64,000 bases of DNA, from assembly GCA_903903985.1 (NCBI GenBank), contig CAIVAT010000022.1, positions 62,903 through 126,902 on the forward strand. The letters run 5' to 3'. Below, piece by piece: positions 18,375 to 28,277 of the stretch. Position numbers and translations under genes: made by a program. The DNA comes from an uncultured Bacteroidales bacterium (GTDB lineage Bacteria; Bacteroidota; Bacteroidia; Bacteroidales; FEN-979). The first letter of the stretch is position 1. The number at the start of each line of letters is the position of its first letter. The notes beneath the pieces are model-generated. The model made no database searches. It had not been told where the DNA came from and saw nothing but the letters and a program-made list of their open reading frames with translations.

Positions 18375-20417
18375 TTACCAGATCACGATACGCAGCGAAT
18401 CTGCAACCGTGCCTTTGCACCCGAACGCGTCGGAAAATTCTTTCATCAGCGGCAGTGTGGCATTGATCCTCCAGCGGGCAGGAGTATGTTCGTTTGTCTG
18501 AACCTGGTTGATAAGGCTTTCATTGGTCATATTCTCACGCCATACCTGTGCCCATCCCATGAAAAATCGTTGTTGGTAAGTAAATCCATCGATCGGTTCA
18601 GGTTTCTTTTTGCCTGCAAGTGATTTTTCAAGGGCATAGTATCCAAGAGTCAATCCGCCCAGATCAGCGATATTTTCGCCGAGGGTGAGTTTGCCATCAA
18701 TTTTAAACCCTTTGGTAACTTCGATGGAACTGAAATAGGCTTCCATTTTTTTCCCGAGGGCAGTAAAATTTTCAGCATCTTCCTTGGTCCACCAATTGCT
18801 CAGATTGCCATCGCCATCGTATTGGGCTCCCTGATCATCGAACCCGTGCGTCATCTCATGCCCGATCACCCCAATGATAGCACCATAGTTGATTGCATCA
18901 TCAGCGTCGGGATTGAAAAATGGAGGTTGCAGGATGGCTGCCGGGAAAACGATTTCATTGTTGGTGGGATTGTTATAGGCATTGATGGTCTGTGGAGACA
19001 TTCCCCATTCGGTTTTATCGACCGGCTTCCCGGCTTTTGCGATCATGTCGTTGTGTTCCCACAAAGCAATGTTCCTGCTGTTTTCAATCAGCTTATCCGG
19101 TTGGATATCAATGCTGGAATAGTCCTTCCATTTATCGGGATACCCGATCTTCCAGGTAAAAGCGGCCAGTTTCTTTTTGGCTTTCACTTTGGTGGGACCG
19201 CTCATCCACGTAAGTTTATCGATCCGGTCGCTGTATACACTGCGAACGTTTACGATCATTTCGGAAACTTTTTTCTTGGAGGATTCAGGAAAATATTTAG
19301 CCACGAAAAGTTTTCCCAGAGGCATCCCCAACCTGCGGTTGACACTCATGACAGCACGTTCTTGCCGTGGACGTTGTTCCTTCACGCCAAACATGACTGT
19401 GCTGAAAAAACGGAATGTTTCCTTGTTGAACTGAGATGGCAGCAGGTTGGCATAGGTCGACAGCAATTGCCAGCGGAAATAGGTTTTCAACACATCAACC
19501 GGGGTAGTCTTTAAGAGTTGATTCAAATTTTTCAGATAGTTTTTATCCTGAACGATCACCGTGTCGGCATGCAAACCAAAGTTTTTATAATAGTCTCCCC
19601 AATTGATCTCAGGAGCCAGTTTCTGAAGCTCGGCAAATGAAATTTTATTATAGATTTTCACGGGATCGCGAAGTTCAAAATTTTTAAGCTGGATCAATGC
19701 CATTTTGGTTTCGAAATCAAGGATGGTTTTCCCCGGCTCGGGTACATTCCAGCCCGCCATTGAAAACATTTTATCGACGTGCTTCACAAACTCGGCCCTG
19801 ATTTTCACCATGGCTGAATCCTTGTTTTCATAATAGTTGCGGTCGTTCAGCGATAAGCCGCTTTGCCCCATGAAAACCGCATTCATCTTGCTGTTACGGT
19901 CATCCGCCCCGACATATACGCCAAACGGACCGTCAATACTGTATATTGCCTGTTCACCCCCGAGGGCGATCAGTTCGGAATTGTTCTTTGCAGCCATGAT
20001 TTTATCTGACATGGAAACAAGAGGGGAGATTCCGCGTTTGGCAATGGTCACGGTGTCAAGATAAGAGCGGTAATAGTCGGTGATTAACTGGGCTTCGCTT
20101 CCTTTCTTTGGATTTTCCTGCGTCAGCAGTTCGTTGATGATTCCTTTAATTTTTACTTCACGGGTCTCTTTGTCCAGGATATCAAAAGAGCCCCACGATC
20201 CTTCGGTTGAGGGGATCGGATTGTGTTTTTTCCAGTTACCGTTGGCATAACCATCAAAATCTTCACAGGGTTTCATGGTCGAATCGATGGTTGAAATATC
20301 AAAAGCCGGTACTTTGTTTTCAGCATTCATTGGTTTTTTATTATTGCTGCAGGAGGTGGTGAGGAACCACGTAATCACCGGAACGGCGATTAAAAGAACT
20401 ACAAGTTGTTTTTTCAT
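18375..20417 (-). CDS. M13 family zinc metalloendopeptidase (PepO/neprilysin-like), lipoprotein
   Basis: Lipobox TTSC; PCEDF..YANGNW, INAY, IVFPAAILQPPFF, HEMTHGFDD, GENIADLGG. Confidence 0.95.
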   Translation of the reverse strand: MKKQLVVLLIAVPVITWFLTTSCSNNKKPMNAENKVPAFDISTIDSTMKPCEDFDGYANGNWKKHNPIPSTEGSWGSFDILDKETREVKIKGIINELLTQENPKKGSEAQLITDYYRSYLDTVTIAKRGISPLVSMSDKIMAAKNNSELIALGGEQAIYSIDGPFGVYVGADDRNSKMNAVFMGQSGLSLNDRNYYENKDSAMVKIRAEFVKHVDKMFSMAGWNVPEPGKTILDFETKMALIQLKNFELRDPVKIYNKISFAELQKLAPEINWGDYYKNFGLHADTVIVQDKNYLKNLNQLLKTTPVDVLKTYFRWQLLSTYANLLPSQFNKETFRFFSTVMFGVKEQRPRQERAVMSVNRRLGMPLGKLFVAKYFPESSKKKVSEMIVNVRSVYSDRIDKLTWMSGPTKVKAKKKLAAFTWKIGYPDKWKDYSSIDIQPDKLIENSRNIALWEHNDMIAKAGKPVDKTEWGMSPQTINAYNNPTNNEIVFPAAILQPPFFNPDADDAINYGAIIGVIGHEMTHGFDDQGAQYDGDGNLSNWWTKEDAENFTALGKKMEAYFSSIEVTKGFKIDGKLTLGENIADLGGLTLGYYALEKSLAGKKKPEPIDGFTYQQRFFMGWAQVWRENMTNESLINQVQTNEHTPARWRINATLPLMKEFSDAFGCKGTVADSLRIVIW

Positions 20418-20528
20418 GAGACGTTTTTTTTTGCAAAATTAGTCGAATTTGTTTCTGTAAATTTTTCTCATTCAGAATTTTCATTAAATTTATCTCCTGA
20501 AACCCCAATCAACGTTAATTAAATAACA

Positions 20529-21299
20529 ATGAATCATCAAATCCTGAAAATTATTATAGCCGATCGCATTGCCCTGGTGACCATCAGCAGGCCGTCTGCA
20601 CTGAACGCGTTGAATACAGCTTTTTTTAAAGAGTTTAACCATTTTCTTGATGATCTCGAACCCCGCGAGGATGTGAAAGTACTCGTGATAACCGGAGAAG
20701 GAAAAGCTTTCGTAGCAGGGGCCGATATCGCCGAGATGGTTCACATGAACTCTGAAGAGGGTTATGCTTTCTCAACATATGGCCAGCAGACCTTTGACAG
20801 GCTGGAACGACTTGGAATTCCTGTAATCGCAGCAGTGAACGGCTATGCACTTGGTGGCGGTTGCGAATTGGCCATGGCCTGCGATTTCCGCATTGCCAGC
20901 AAACTCGCTAAATTCGGACAACCTGAAATGAACCTCGGGATGATACCGGGATACGCTGCAACCCAGCGGTTATCCCGTCTTACAGGACTTAGCAATGCAT
21001 TGTACCTGATCCTTACTGCCGATACCATCACGGCTGATGATGCCTTGCGCATCGGGCTCGTACAAAAGGTTACAGAACCGGAAATGTTGATGGACGAGGT
21101 GATGAAACTGGCCTCGAAAATTGCCGGCAATGGCTCACAGGCGGTTCCGACATCAAAAAGGATTATCCGAGCAGGGATTGTAATGAATTTCAAAGAGGCA
21201 TCTGAACTGGAGGCCGTTGAATTCGGTAAACAGTTCAGCAATGAAGCTACGAAAGAAGGCATGAAAGCCTTTCTTGAAAAACGCAAACCGGATTGGTAA
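20529..21299 (+). CDS. crt: Enoyl-CoA hydratase (crotonase)
   Basis: LNAL, KAFVAGADI, AVNGYALGGGCELAMACDFR, FGQPE..LG.IPG. Confidence 0.85.
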   Translation: MNHQILKIIIADRIALVTISRPSALNALNTAFFKEFNHFLDDLEPREDVKVLVITGEGKAFVAGADIAEMVHMNSEEGYAFSTYGQQTFDRLERLGIPVIAAVNGYALGGGCELAMACDFRIASKLAKFGQPEMNLGMIPGYAATQRLSRLTGLSNALYLILTADTITADDALRIGLVQKVTEPEMLMDEVMKLASKIAGNGSQAVPTSKRIIRAGIVMNFKEASELEAVEFGKQFSNEATKEGMKAFLEKRKPDW

Positions 21300-21300
21300 T

Positions 21301-21329
21301 TCCTCCCCTTGGAGGGTCCGGGGATGAGG
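21301..21329. repeat. Degenerate REP-like hairpin
   Basis: tcctccccttggagggtccggggatgagg; shares the GGGGATGAGG tail with the 4918 copy. Confidence 0.55.
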
Positions 21330-21357
21330 TCAATAATAACCCAAAAAAAAGAAAAAC

Positions 21358-22692
21358 ATGTCATACGAAGAACGATTGCAGCATGTTTCGGTGCTGGGCG
21401 CTGCCGGCAAAATGGGAAGCGGAATTCTGCTGCTTACCGCGGTGGAAATGGCCGATTTAAGCCTTAAACCTGAAAACAGAGGCAAAGCTTATGTATTGAA
21501 TGCCATTGATGTTTCGGATGAAGCACTGGCCGGAGTGATGAAATATCTGAAGGCACAGGTGCTGAAATTGGCTGAAAAAAAAATGGTTGGCCTGAGAAAG
21601 GTGTATGCCCATCGTGCCGACCTGATCGACAACGATGAGATCATTGATCAGTATATTTTCGATGTAATCAGCCTCGTCAGGACGACCACGCGGTTGGAAT
21701 CGGCGTATGATTCCTTCATGATATTCGAGGCCATCAAAGAGGATCCGGAAATGAAAATCGGGATTTTTTCGAAAATCTCTTTAAACAACCCTCACAAACC
21801 ATGGTTTTTTACCAACACCTCTTCCATCCCGATCACCAAACTTGATGAAGGTGCGGGTTTGAATGGCCGGATCATCGGTTTTCATTTCTACAATCCGCCG
21901 GCTGTCCAGAAACTGGTTGAGATCATCAAAGCGGAACATACACTTTCGGAAGTGGAGGCTTTTGCACAGCAGTATGCGAAAAATCTCCGCAAAGTCGTGG
22001 TTCCCTCCCATGATAAAGCCGGGTTCATCGGCAACGGCCATTTCATGCGCGACATCCTGCATGCTGCGGCCGAAGTCGACAAACTCAGTAACGAATTTTC
22101 ATTCGTGGAGGCGGTATATGCCCTCAATAAAATCAGCCAGGACTACCTGGTACGCCCCATGGGTATTTTCCAGCTTGTTGATTATGTCGGCGTGGATGTG
22201 TGCAGTTTTATCATGTCGGTTATGAATCCATACCTGGAGAATGAAGACCTGCATTGTCACCTGCTTGACAACCTCCTTGAGCAGGGCATCAAAGGAGGAC
22301 AGTACTCAGATGGATCCCAGAAAGACGGCATCCTGAAATATGAGAAGGGGCGCCCGGTTGCCATATACGATCCGGGTACAAAAACATATGTTTCCATCGG
22401 TGATTTCCAATCGAAAGTCGACGGGAAACTCGGATCCATGCCTGTTCCTCCCACTTGGAAAAACGTGGTGGGCAGCAAATCAAAGGATGAAATCCTCCAG
22501 GTTTATTTTAACGGACTCAAACAAACTTCCGGATTGGGTGCAGAATTGGCACGGACCTATGCAAACCGCTCCTGTGCCATTGGCCAGCAGTTGATCAGCT
22601 CAGGGGTCGCCATGAACGAAAACGATGTGAACACAGTTCTGCTCACGGGTTTCTTCCATGCTTACGGACCAATAAATGATTATTTAAAATAG
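21358..22692 (+). CDS. 3-hydroxyacyl-CoA dehydrogenase family protein
   Basis: VLGAAGKMG, FEAIKED, TNTSSIPI, GFHFYNPP...KLVE, GFIGN, PMGIFQLVDYVGVD. Confidence 0.88.
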   Translation: MSYEERLQHVSVLGAAGKMGSGILLLTAVEMADLSLKPENRGKAYVLNAIDVSDEALAGVMKYLKAQVLKLAEKKMVGLRKVYAHRADLIDNDEIIDQYIFDVISLVRTTTRLESAYDSFMIFEAIKEDPEMKIGIFSKISLNNPHKPWFFTNTSSIPITKLDEGAGLNGRIIGFHFYNPPAVQKLVEIIKAEHTLSEVEAFAQQYAKNLRKVVVPSHDKAGFIGNGHFMRDILHAAAEVDKLSNEFSFVEAVYALNKISQDYLVRPMGIFQLVDYVGVDVCSFIMSVMNPYLENEDLHCHLLDNLLEQGIKGGQYSDGSQKDGILKYEKGRPVAIYDPGTKTYVSIGDFQSKVDGKLGSMPVPPTWKNVVGSKSKDEILQVYFNGLKQTSGLGAELARTYANRSCAIGQQLISSGVAMNENDVNTVLLTGFFHAYGPINDYLK

Positions 22693-22752
22693 ACGCCGCT
22701 GCGTACCTCTTCCCATTCTGGGAGGAGGACCGGTGGAAAAAAATTGACATCT

Positions 22753-23988
22753 ATGAGAAGAAAAGTATATATGATCGCCGGATACAATACCCTTTCCATG
22801 GGAACCGGCCGTAAAGAGTTCAATCCCAAGAAGGAACGTCCCGGATTGGAAGAATATATCAGGGAAGCCGGGCAGGGAACCCTGGCGAAAATCGGAGGTG
22901 CAGAGAACGTGGATGAATGTGTGATTGGCAATTTTATGGCATCACGATTCAACAGGCAGGCCAACCTGGCTGCATTTTTCCCCTATGTGGATGAGGGGTT
23001 GCGCTACAAGCCCGCCATCCGGGTCGAAGGTGCATGTGCAACCGGCGGATTGGCGCTCATGAGCGGTATAAAAAGCGTGCTTGCCGAAACGGCAGAGGTT
23101 GTCCTGGTTATTGGAGTGGAAGTACAGAATACGGTTAAAGCCATCTATTGTGCCGATTACCTTGCCGGTGCCGGATGGTTTAAAAACCGCAAAAACGGCC
23201 ATGCATATTTCTTCCCCGGTCAGTTCAGCGACAGGGCAGGTTCCTATTTTGAAAAATACGGCAGGGAAAAGACCCGCCAGGCATTGGCCCGCTGGTTCCG
23301 CAATGCCATTGAAAATGCCAGGCTTTGCCCGACGGCACAAGAGTTTCACAACACTGTCCACGACCTGGAAGGTCAGGCAAAGATGGAACCCAATGGAAAA
23401 TCTTTTGTGGATCACCTCAATATATTCGATTGTTCAAAGGTTTCAGATGGTGCTTCGGCCATCGCCATCGTTTCGCAGGAAGGCTTGAAACGGTGCGGTA
23501 TTCCGGTCAGCCAGGCCATTGAAGTGAAGGGTTGGGGGCAGGTGGAAGAGGATATCACCAAACCACCGGCAGATCCCACTGAGTTATCTACGACAAAGCA
23601 GGCCGTTAAAAACGCACTGGCTTATGCTGGAATTACGCGCGACCAGATTGGAACTGCCGAAATCCATGACTGCTTTTCCATTGCAGGGTTGATGTGCATT
23701 GAAGCCATCGGATTTGCCGAAAAAGGAAAAGGCGCCGATTTTATCCTTGAAGGAAACACCTCCCGTACCGGTCGGGTTCCCATCAACACAACAGGTGGCC
23801 TGATCGGCTGGGGCCATCCCACAGGGGGCACTGGCGTGCACCAGGCTGTGACCATTCTTGAACAACTCACAGGAATGGCCGGAGATGCCCAGGTTGAAAT
23901 CACTGCCGACCAGCCCTACGGACTGACCGTCAACATGGGAGGCGATGATAAGTCGCTGGTATCCATTGTTTATAAGAAGGCGGAATGA
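22753..23988 (+). CDS. Thiolase, SCP2-type (HDCF motif)
   Basis: RVEGACATGG (nucleophile Cys), DCSKVSDGA, EIHDCF, GGLIGWGHPTGGTG. Confidence 0.9.
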   Translation: MRRKVYMIAGYNTLSMGTGRKEFNPKKERPGLEEYIREAGQGTLAKIGGAENVDECVIGNFMASRFNRQANLAAFFPYVDEGLRYKPAIRVEGACATGGLALMSGIKSVLAETAEVVLVIGVEVQNTVKAIYCADYLAGAGWFKNRKNGHAYFFPGQFSDRAGSYFEKYGREKTRQALARWFRNAIENARLCPTAQEFHNTVHDLEGQAKMEPNGKSFVDHLNIFDCSKVSDGASAIAIVSQEGLKRCGIPVSQAIEVKGWGQVEEDITKPPADPTELSTTKQAVKNALAYAGITRDQIGTAEIHDCFSIAGLMCIEAIGFAEKGKGADFILEGNTSRTGRVPINTTGGLIGWGHPTGGTGVHQAVTILEQLTGMAGDAQVEITADQPYGLTVNMGGDDKSLVSIVYKKAE

Positions 23989-24023
23989 TGCAAATTGCAA
24001 ATTGCAAAATGTAAAATGCAAAA
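23989..24023. repeat. Heptamer tandem repeat TGCAAA(T/A) x5
   Basis: tgcaaat tgcaaat tgcaaaa tgtaaaa tgcaaaa; overlaps the ATG at 24016. Confidence 0.8.
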
Positions 24024-24975
24024 CCGGCTGACCTCCCTTTTCGGCATCGATTTCCCCATCATCCAGGCAGGGATGATCTGGTGCAGTGGGTGGCGGCTTG
24101 CATCAGCGGTGAGCAATGCCGGCGGACTTGGTTTAATTGGAGCCGGGTCGATGGAGCCTGAGGTTTTACTGGAACATATCCATAAATGCAAAGATGCAAC
24201 GAACAAGCCGTTTGGGGTGAATATTCCACTGTTATATTCCCGGGTTGACAGGCAGATTGAGATCATCCTCAGTGAAGGGGTTAAAATTGTCTTCACCTCG
24301 GCAGGAAACCCTTCATTGCTGACTCCTTTGCTGAAAAATCATGGGGTCACGGTGGTTCATGTAATTGCGAATGTGAAATCTGCACTAAAATGTGAGCAAT
24401 CCGGCGTGGATGCCATTGTTGCCGAGGGCTTTGAAGCAGGCGGTCACAATGGCAAAGAGGAAACCACCACGTTTACCCTTCTTCCGTTGATCAGAAATGC
24501 GACAAAATTACCACTCATAGCAGCTGGCGGCATCGCCACGGGTCGCGGGATGCTGGCAGCAATGGCCTTGGGTGCTGAAGGCTTTCAGATCGGCAGCCGG
24601 TTTGTGGCATCGGAAGAATCATCGGCCCATCCGGATTTTAAGCACAAAGTGTTGGAAACAGGGGATGGAGATACATTCCTGACAATGAAAAGTTTAATGC
24701 CCGTAAGGCTTATTAAAAATTCTTTTTTTCTGAAAGTACGGGAACTTGAGGAATCCGGCGCTTCACCTGACGAGTTGAAGCAACTGCTGGGAAAGGGCCG
24801 CGCAAAACTTGGCATGTTCGATGGCAATACCGAGGAGGGAGAACTGGAGATCGGGCAGGCTGCAGCCTTGATAAAGAGTATTAAGCCAGCTGGCGAGATT
24901 GTCCGGGAGATGGTTGAAGAGTTTGAGGAGGCTCGAAAAGGACTCCTTGAATATCGAATATCGAATATTGAATAA
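24016..24975 (+). CDS. FMN-dependent nitronate monooxygenase / FabK-like enoyl reductase
   Basis: PIIQAGMIW, LASAVSNAGGLG, AEGFEAGGHNG, IAAGGIA.GRG, QIGSRF, ELEIGQ. Confidence 0.88.
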   Translation: MQNRLTSLFGIDFPIIQAGMIWCSGWRLASAVSNAGGLGLIGAGSMEPEVLLEHIHKCKDATNKPFGVNIPLLYSRVDRQIEIILSEGVKIVFTSAGNPSLLTPLLKNHGVTVVHVIANVKSALKCEQSGVDAIVAEGFEAGGHNGKEETTTFTLLPLIRNATKLPLIAAGGIATGRGMLAAMALGAEGFQIGSRFVASEESSAHPDFKHKVLETGDGDTFLTMKSLMPVRLIKNSFFLKVRELEESGASPDELKQLLGKGRAKLGMFDGNTEEGELEIGQAAALIKSIKPAGEIVREMVEEFEEARKGLLEYRISNIE

Positions 24976-24987
24976 TGAATGTCGAAG
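24949..24987. repeat. Heptamer tandem repeat GAATnnn x5, forming the gene's C-terminus
   Basis: gaatatc gaatatc gaatatt gaataat gaatgtc gaag encodes EYRISNIE*. Confidence 0.8.
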
Positions 24988-25083
24988 CAGGGTAAAACTT
25001 TCAAATTGTTGAAAGAATTCACTTGCCGGATAAAATTTCAAACATGTTATTGAGTTATATTTGTTCAACCAAAATGTATCCCG

Positions 25084-25611
25084 ATGAAAACGATTCTCTT
25101 GGGTTTGATCCTGGTATTAAGCCAGGCTGGTCTTGTGTTTTCGCAGGATGAAACGACAACCCGGCAAGCGAACAGTGATAACGGCGAGATTAAAACCATC
25201 TTCAAAAAATCAGATCATCATATAAAAATAGGATATTACCTTGGCCCTGAAGCAGCCTGGACGCAATTCGATGGCAAAAATGTTTTCCTGGGAGGACTGA
25301 GCATGGGCATGATCTTCGACCATTTCTTTTCGGTCGGGTTAGCAGGGTATGGGATCCTGAATTCAAACAAGCTTTGGTACGACTTGGATGGTTCCCTCGA
25401 TGCTGCCCGGGGAGCCTATCTTTACGGAGGCTATGGCGGGATAAAATTTGAATTCCGTGTATTGCCGGCCTCTCCGGTCCATCTCAATTTTCCAATCCTG
25501 ATTGGTGGCGGAGGACTGGTCTACAATACCTGGACCTGCCACGATCAAAGCGGAGGACTGGTCTACAATACGTGGACCAACCACGATCAAAATTATCATG
25601 ATAACAATTAA
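25084..25611 (+). CDS. Secreted/outer-membrane beta-barrel-like hypothetical protein, probably C-terminally truncated
   Basis: Signal peptide, alternating beta-strand pattern (YLYGGYGGIKFEF, HLNFPILIGGG); ends right after a 42-bp tandem duplication with no final beta-strands. Confidence 0.55.
   Translation: MKTILLGLILVLSQAGLVFSQDETTTRQANSDNGEIKTIFKKSDHHIKIGYYLGPEAAWTQFDGKNVFLGGLSMGMIFDHFFSVGLAGYGILNSNKLWYDLDGSLDAARGAYLYGGYGGIKFEFRVLPASPVHLNFPILIGGGGLVYNTWTCHDQSGGLVYNTWTNHDQNYHDNN
25508..25591. repeat. 42-bp tandem duplication (39/42 identical)
   Basis: gcggaggactggtctacaatacctggacctgccacgatcaaa / gcggaggactggtctacaatacgtggaccaaccacgatcaaa. Confidence 0.95.
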
Positions 25612-25624
25612 GGAGGAACTTTCT

Positions 25625-25662
25625 CCCCTTCTCTTTCAGGAGAAGGGGTCAGGGGGACCGGG
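25625..25662. repeat. REP-like hairpin between convergent genes
   Basis: ccccttctc tttcag gagaagggg tcagggggaccggg. Confidence 0.7.
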
Positions 25663-25664
25663 TA

Positions 25665-27518
25665 TTACAACTTAATCAACTTCAATGTTTCCTTATTGAC
25701 CCCCGTTGTTACCTGAACGAAGTACATGCCGGGACGAAGATCCTGTATCGCTATCGATAGCTTCCTTTCGCCGTGGCAATTCTGTTTTAACATTTTCATC
25801 CCACTCATGTTGGATATCTCAACGCTGGCCAACCCGTTTGTTTCACTGCCTGTGATTTCAAGGGTAATTAAGTTTACCGCAGGGTTCGGATAGATACGTA
25901 AACTTCCGTTCATCCCGATCTCCGGTACCGATGCCAGGAAACTGCCATTCTGTACCGGGCTGTTCACGAGCGGGTTCGGCGAGTTGGTACAATAAGTATT
26001 GTTTATGGTAATGGATCCATGCATGTATCCACCGGCATTTACATCTGTTCCGGGGAAATACACAATGTTTTGTCCCGCGATCATTGTGGCGGAACCTCCG
26101 TTGTTTACAGTAAAGTATGCAGATTCTCCTGCAACATAAATGGTTTCTATGGCACTATAGCAATTGATCTCCCCATTGGCAACGACAATATATTGCAGGC
26201 TGTTGGTTAGCGGAATGACATTAATAAAAATCTGGTTGGAGGTAGCGGGGTTCCCCGCTGTGCATGTTTCACTTGAAGTCAGTGTACAGGTAACTGCATC
26301 GCCATTCAATGGATTATAGGTTAATACAGCGTTGTCGGTACCGGCACTGGTCCCATTCACCATCCAGTGATAAGAAGGTGCTGACCCTCCATTCACCGGT
26401 ACAGCGGTCAAAGTAACCGCCCCCCCCTCAGGAACAGGGTTGATATTGGCACTGATGGTTACACTTACTGCAACTTTAGTGGTTGTAGTGATCACGGCCT
26501 CGCCGGTCATCGGGGTGGTACCGCCACCGCTGGTACCACTCACCGTGTAGGTGCCGGCAAGCTGGTCGCCGAAGGTGATCGCAGAGCCTGTTCCCGCAAC
26601 GGTTGGCGCCTGGGCAACAGCATTTTTGTAAAGGGTGTAGGTTACTCCTGATTCTGAGTCCTCAAGTCCTACTGCCAGGCCTGTTCCGCCCTGGCAATAA
26701 GCGCCGGTTCCGGTAACTGCAAAGGCAGTCGGGGGTGTTGTTGCCGGGTTGACCGTCAGGACGCCTGAAATATTGCTCGTGCCATTCCAGAATCCACCGT
26801 TGAAACCGCCATATACATAGTCTCCGTTACCAAATTGGAATCGGCTTGCATAGTAATATGTTCCGGCGGTGGTGATTGCTGCGCCAAGGTCAGCTTTAAA
26901 CTCATCATTATCCCACGATTGCCCGGAGAAGGGTGCTGGCACCCAGTTGCTCCAGGAAACCGGATCGGTATAGCTGGTGCTGTAACCGATCCAGGCCTGC
27001 AGGCCGAAGGTCGGACCGGCTGTGTAGGTTTTATCCTGCATATAGGCCTGTGCATATACATCATAGGAGCCGCCAAGGTCGATGGAACCAGTTCCCGGCC
27101 ATTGCAGGTTTGCCCAGTTGATCCACCCGCCCCAGTTATCATTCTGAGTCGTGATATCGGAAACAGTAATCAAGCGGTTTGACCCGCCGGCATATTCGCC
27201 GCCGCCCCAGCCGGCATTTTTAAAATACTTATATTCATAGATTGTCGCATCTAGCGAAAGAGTATAGGTATAGATAAGGGTTGTACCTACCCGTGCCATG
27301 GCCATGCTGCCTGCTCCACCAGGTTCGATCCAGGTAGCACCCGGAAAGTTGCCAGTCAGGTAAATCACGTCAGAAACAGGGTTGAAACCCTCTGCGGTAG
27401 ACATATCAACATTGAAAGTTACAGAAAATCCAACAGGGGGTGCTGCCGGAAAAGTTTTTGCATTCGTGCCACCGATCAGGCCGACGAAGATGATCAAAAG
27501 TAAGAATGATTTTCTCAT
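25665..27518 (-). CDS. T9SS type A sorting domain protein with CBM20-like N-terminal module and Ig-like domains
   Basis: Signal peptide; VTFNVDMS...IYLTGNF...W...YEYKYF; Thr/Gly-rich Ig-like repeats; CTD IYPNPA...LRPGMYFV...KLIKL. Confidence 0.75.
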   Translation of the reverse strand: MRKSFLLLIIFVGLIGGTNAKTFPAAPPVGFSVTFNVDMSTAEGFNPVSDVIYLTGNFPGATWIEPGGAGSMAMARVGTTLIYTYTLSLDATIYEYKYFKNAGWGGGEYAGGSNRLITVSDITTQNDNWGGWINWANLQWPGTGSIDLGGSYDVYAQAYMQDKTYTAGPTFGLQAWIGYSTSYTDPVSWSNWVPAPFSGQSWDNDEFKADLGAAITTAGTYYYASRFQFGNGDYVYGGFNGGFWNGTSNISGVLTVNPATTPPTAFAVTGTGAYCQGGTGLAVGLEDSESGVTYTLYKNAVAQAPTVAGTGSAITFGDQLAGTYTVSGTSGGGTTPMTGEAVITTTTKVAVSVTISANINPVPEGGAVTLTAVPVNGGSAPSYHWMVNGTSAGTDNAVLTYNPLNGDAVTCTLTSSETCTAGNPATSNQIFINVIPLTNSLQYIVVANGEINCYSAIETIYVAGESAYFTVNNGGSATMIAGQNIVYFPGTDVNAGGYMHGSITINNTYCTNSPNPLVNSPVQNGSFLASVPEIGMNGSLRIYPNPAVNLITLEITGSETNGLASVEISNMSGMKMLKQNCHGERKLSIAIQDLRPGMYFVQVTTGVNKETLKLIKL

Positions 27519-27892
27519 GGTTTTCAGTTTAGGGTTTGATTCACTAATAATTATGCAGGATTGTTATGAATTACTAATTTACTATTAAATTTTCAAACAC
27601 TGCTTTCCTTTTGCCGTCGATTATTTTTTTTATCTGCCTTAACCTAATAAACAGAAAACAAATATAATCCATTTTCATCTCTTTATTATTTAAACGGGAT
27701 ACCACCATCTGCTAAATTAATCTTTATTTAATAATTCCACAACATTCAGCGAAACAGCAACAAGTAATTTTGGCACGAAAATGACACCCATTATTGTTTA
27801 AAAAGAATTGATTTTCAACAGGTGTATAAGAGATGCATCTAATATCTTTATTCATGGTAATTTTGTTCCCCCCTCGACGTTCAAATCAATGG

Positions 27893-27924
27893 CAAAAGTA
27901 AATACATATACATTTCCCCCGCAA
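27893..27924 (-). promoter_or_regulatory. Bacteroidota sigma-A promoter (TTG ... TACTTTTG) facing the T9SS gene
   Basis: Minus strand reads gTTGcgggggaaatgtatatgtattTACTTTTGcc; would imply a ~370-nt leader. Confidence 0.45.
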
Positions 27925-28277
27925 CACCTGGGAAGCAACCCTGTTTTATAAACCCTTTTTTGGAAGTGAGTTTAGCAGAGGCGGGGTGGCCCGGTGTAGA
28001 AAGGTGACGATGGAGTTGAAGGAGATGTTCCAGGCATATTATGGAACCTGCTTAGATAAATTCGGTGTCCGATGGATGTTCATCTGAAGACTGCAAGTAG
28101 CCGCAAGGTGGAAGGTTTTAGATCAGGCAAGGAATGTCCCGGCAGGTTGTGCCTTCCAGGCACCAGGCTCACCGGTGCGGACCAGGAATGTTCCAGGCAG
28201 GGAATACAGGCGTTGCTTCTCATGAAAAAATTACATCGAGGCATTGGTAATGGCATAAAATATCTAATATTCCGCAA

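Noticed and set aside
25508-25591. 42-bp repeat as a mini-CRISPR
   Set aside because: Two directly adjacent copies with no spacer, in frame within a CDS, and no cas genes.
27959-27995. Possible degenerate att copy of the tRNA-Ala 3' end (tttggaagtgagtttagcagaggcg vs tttggagtggagtataccggagtcg)
   Set aside because: Needs two gaps and four mismatches, and part of the match lies outside the tRNA; not distinguishable from chance by eye.
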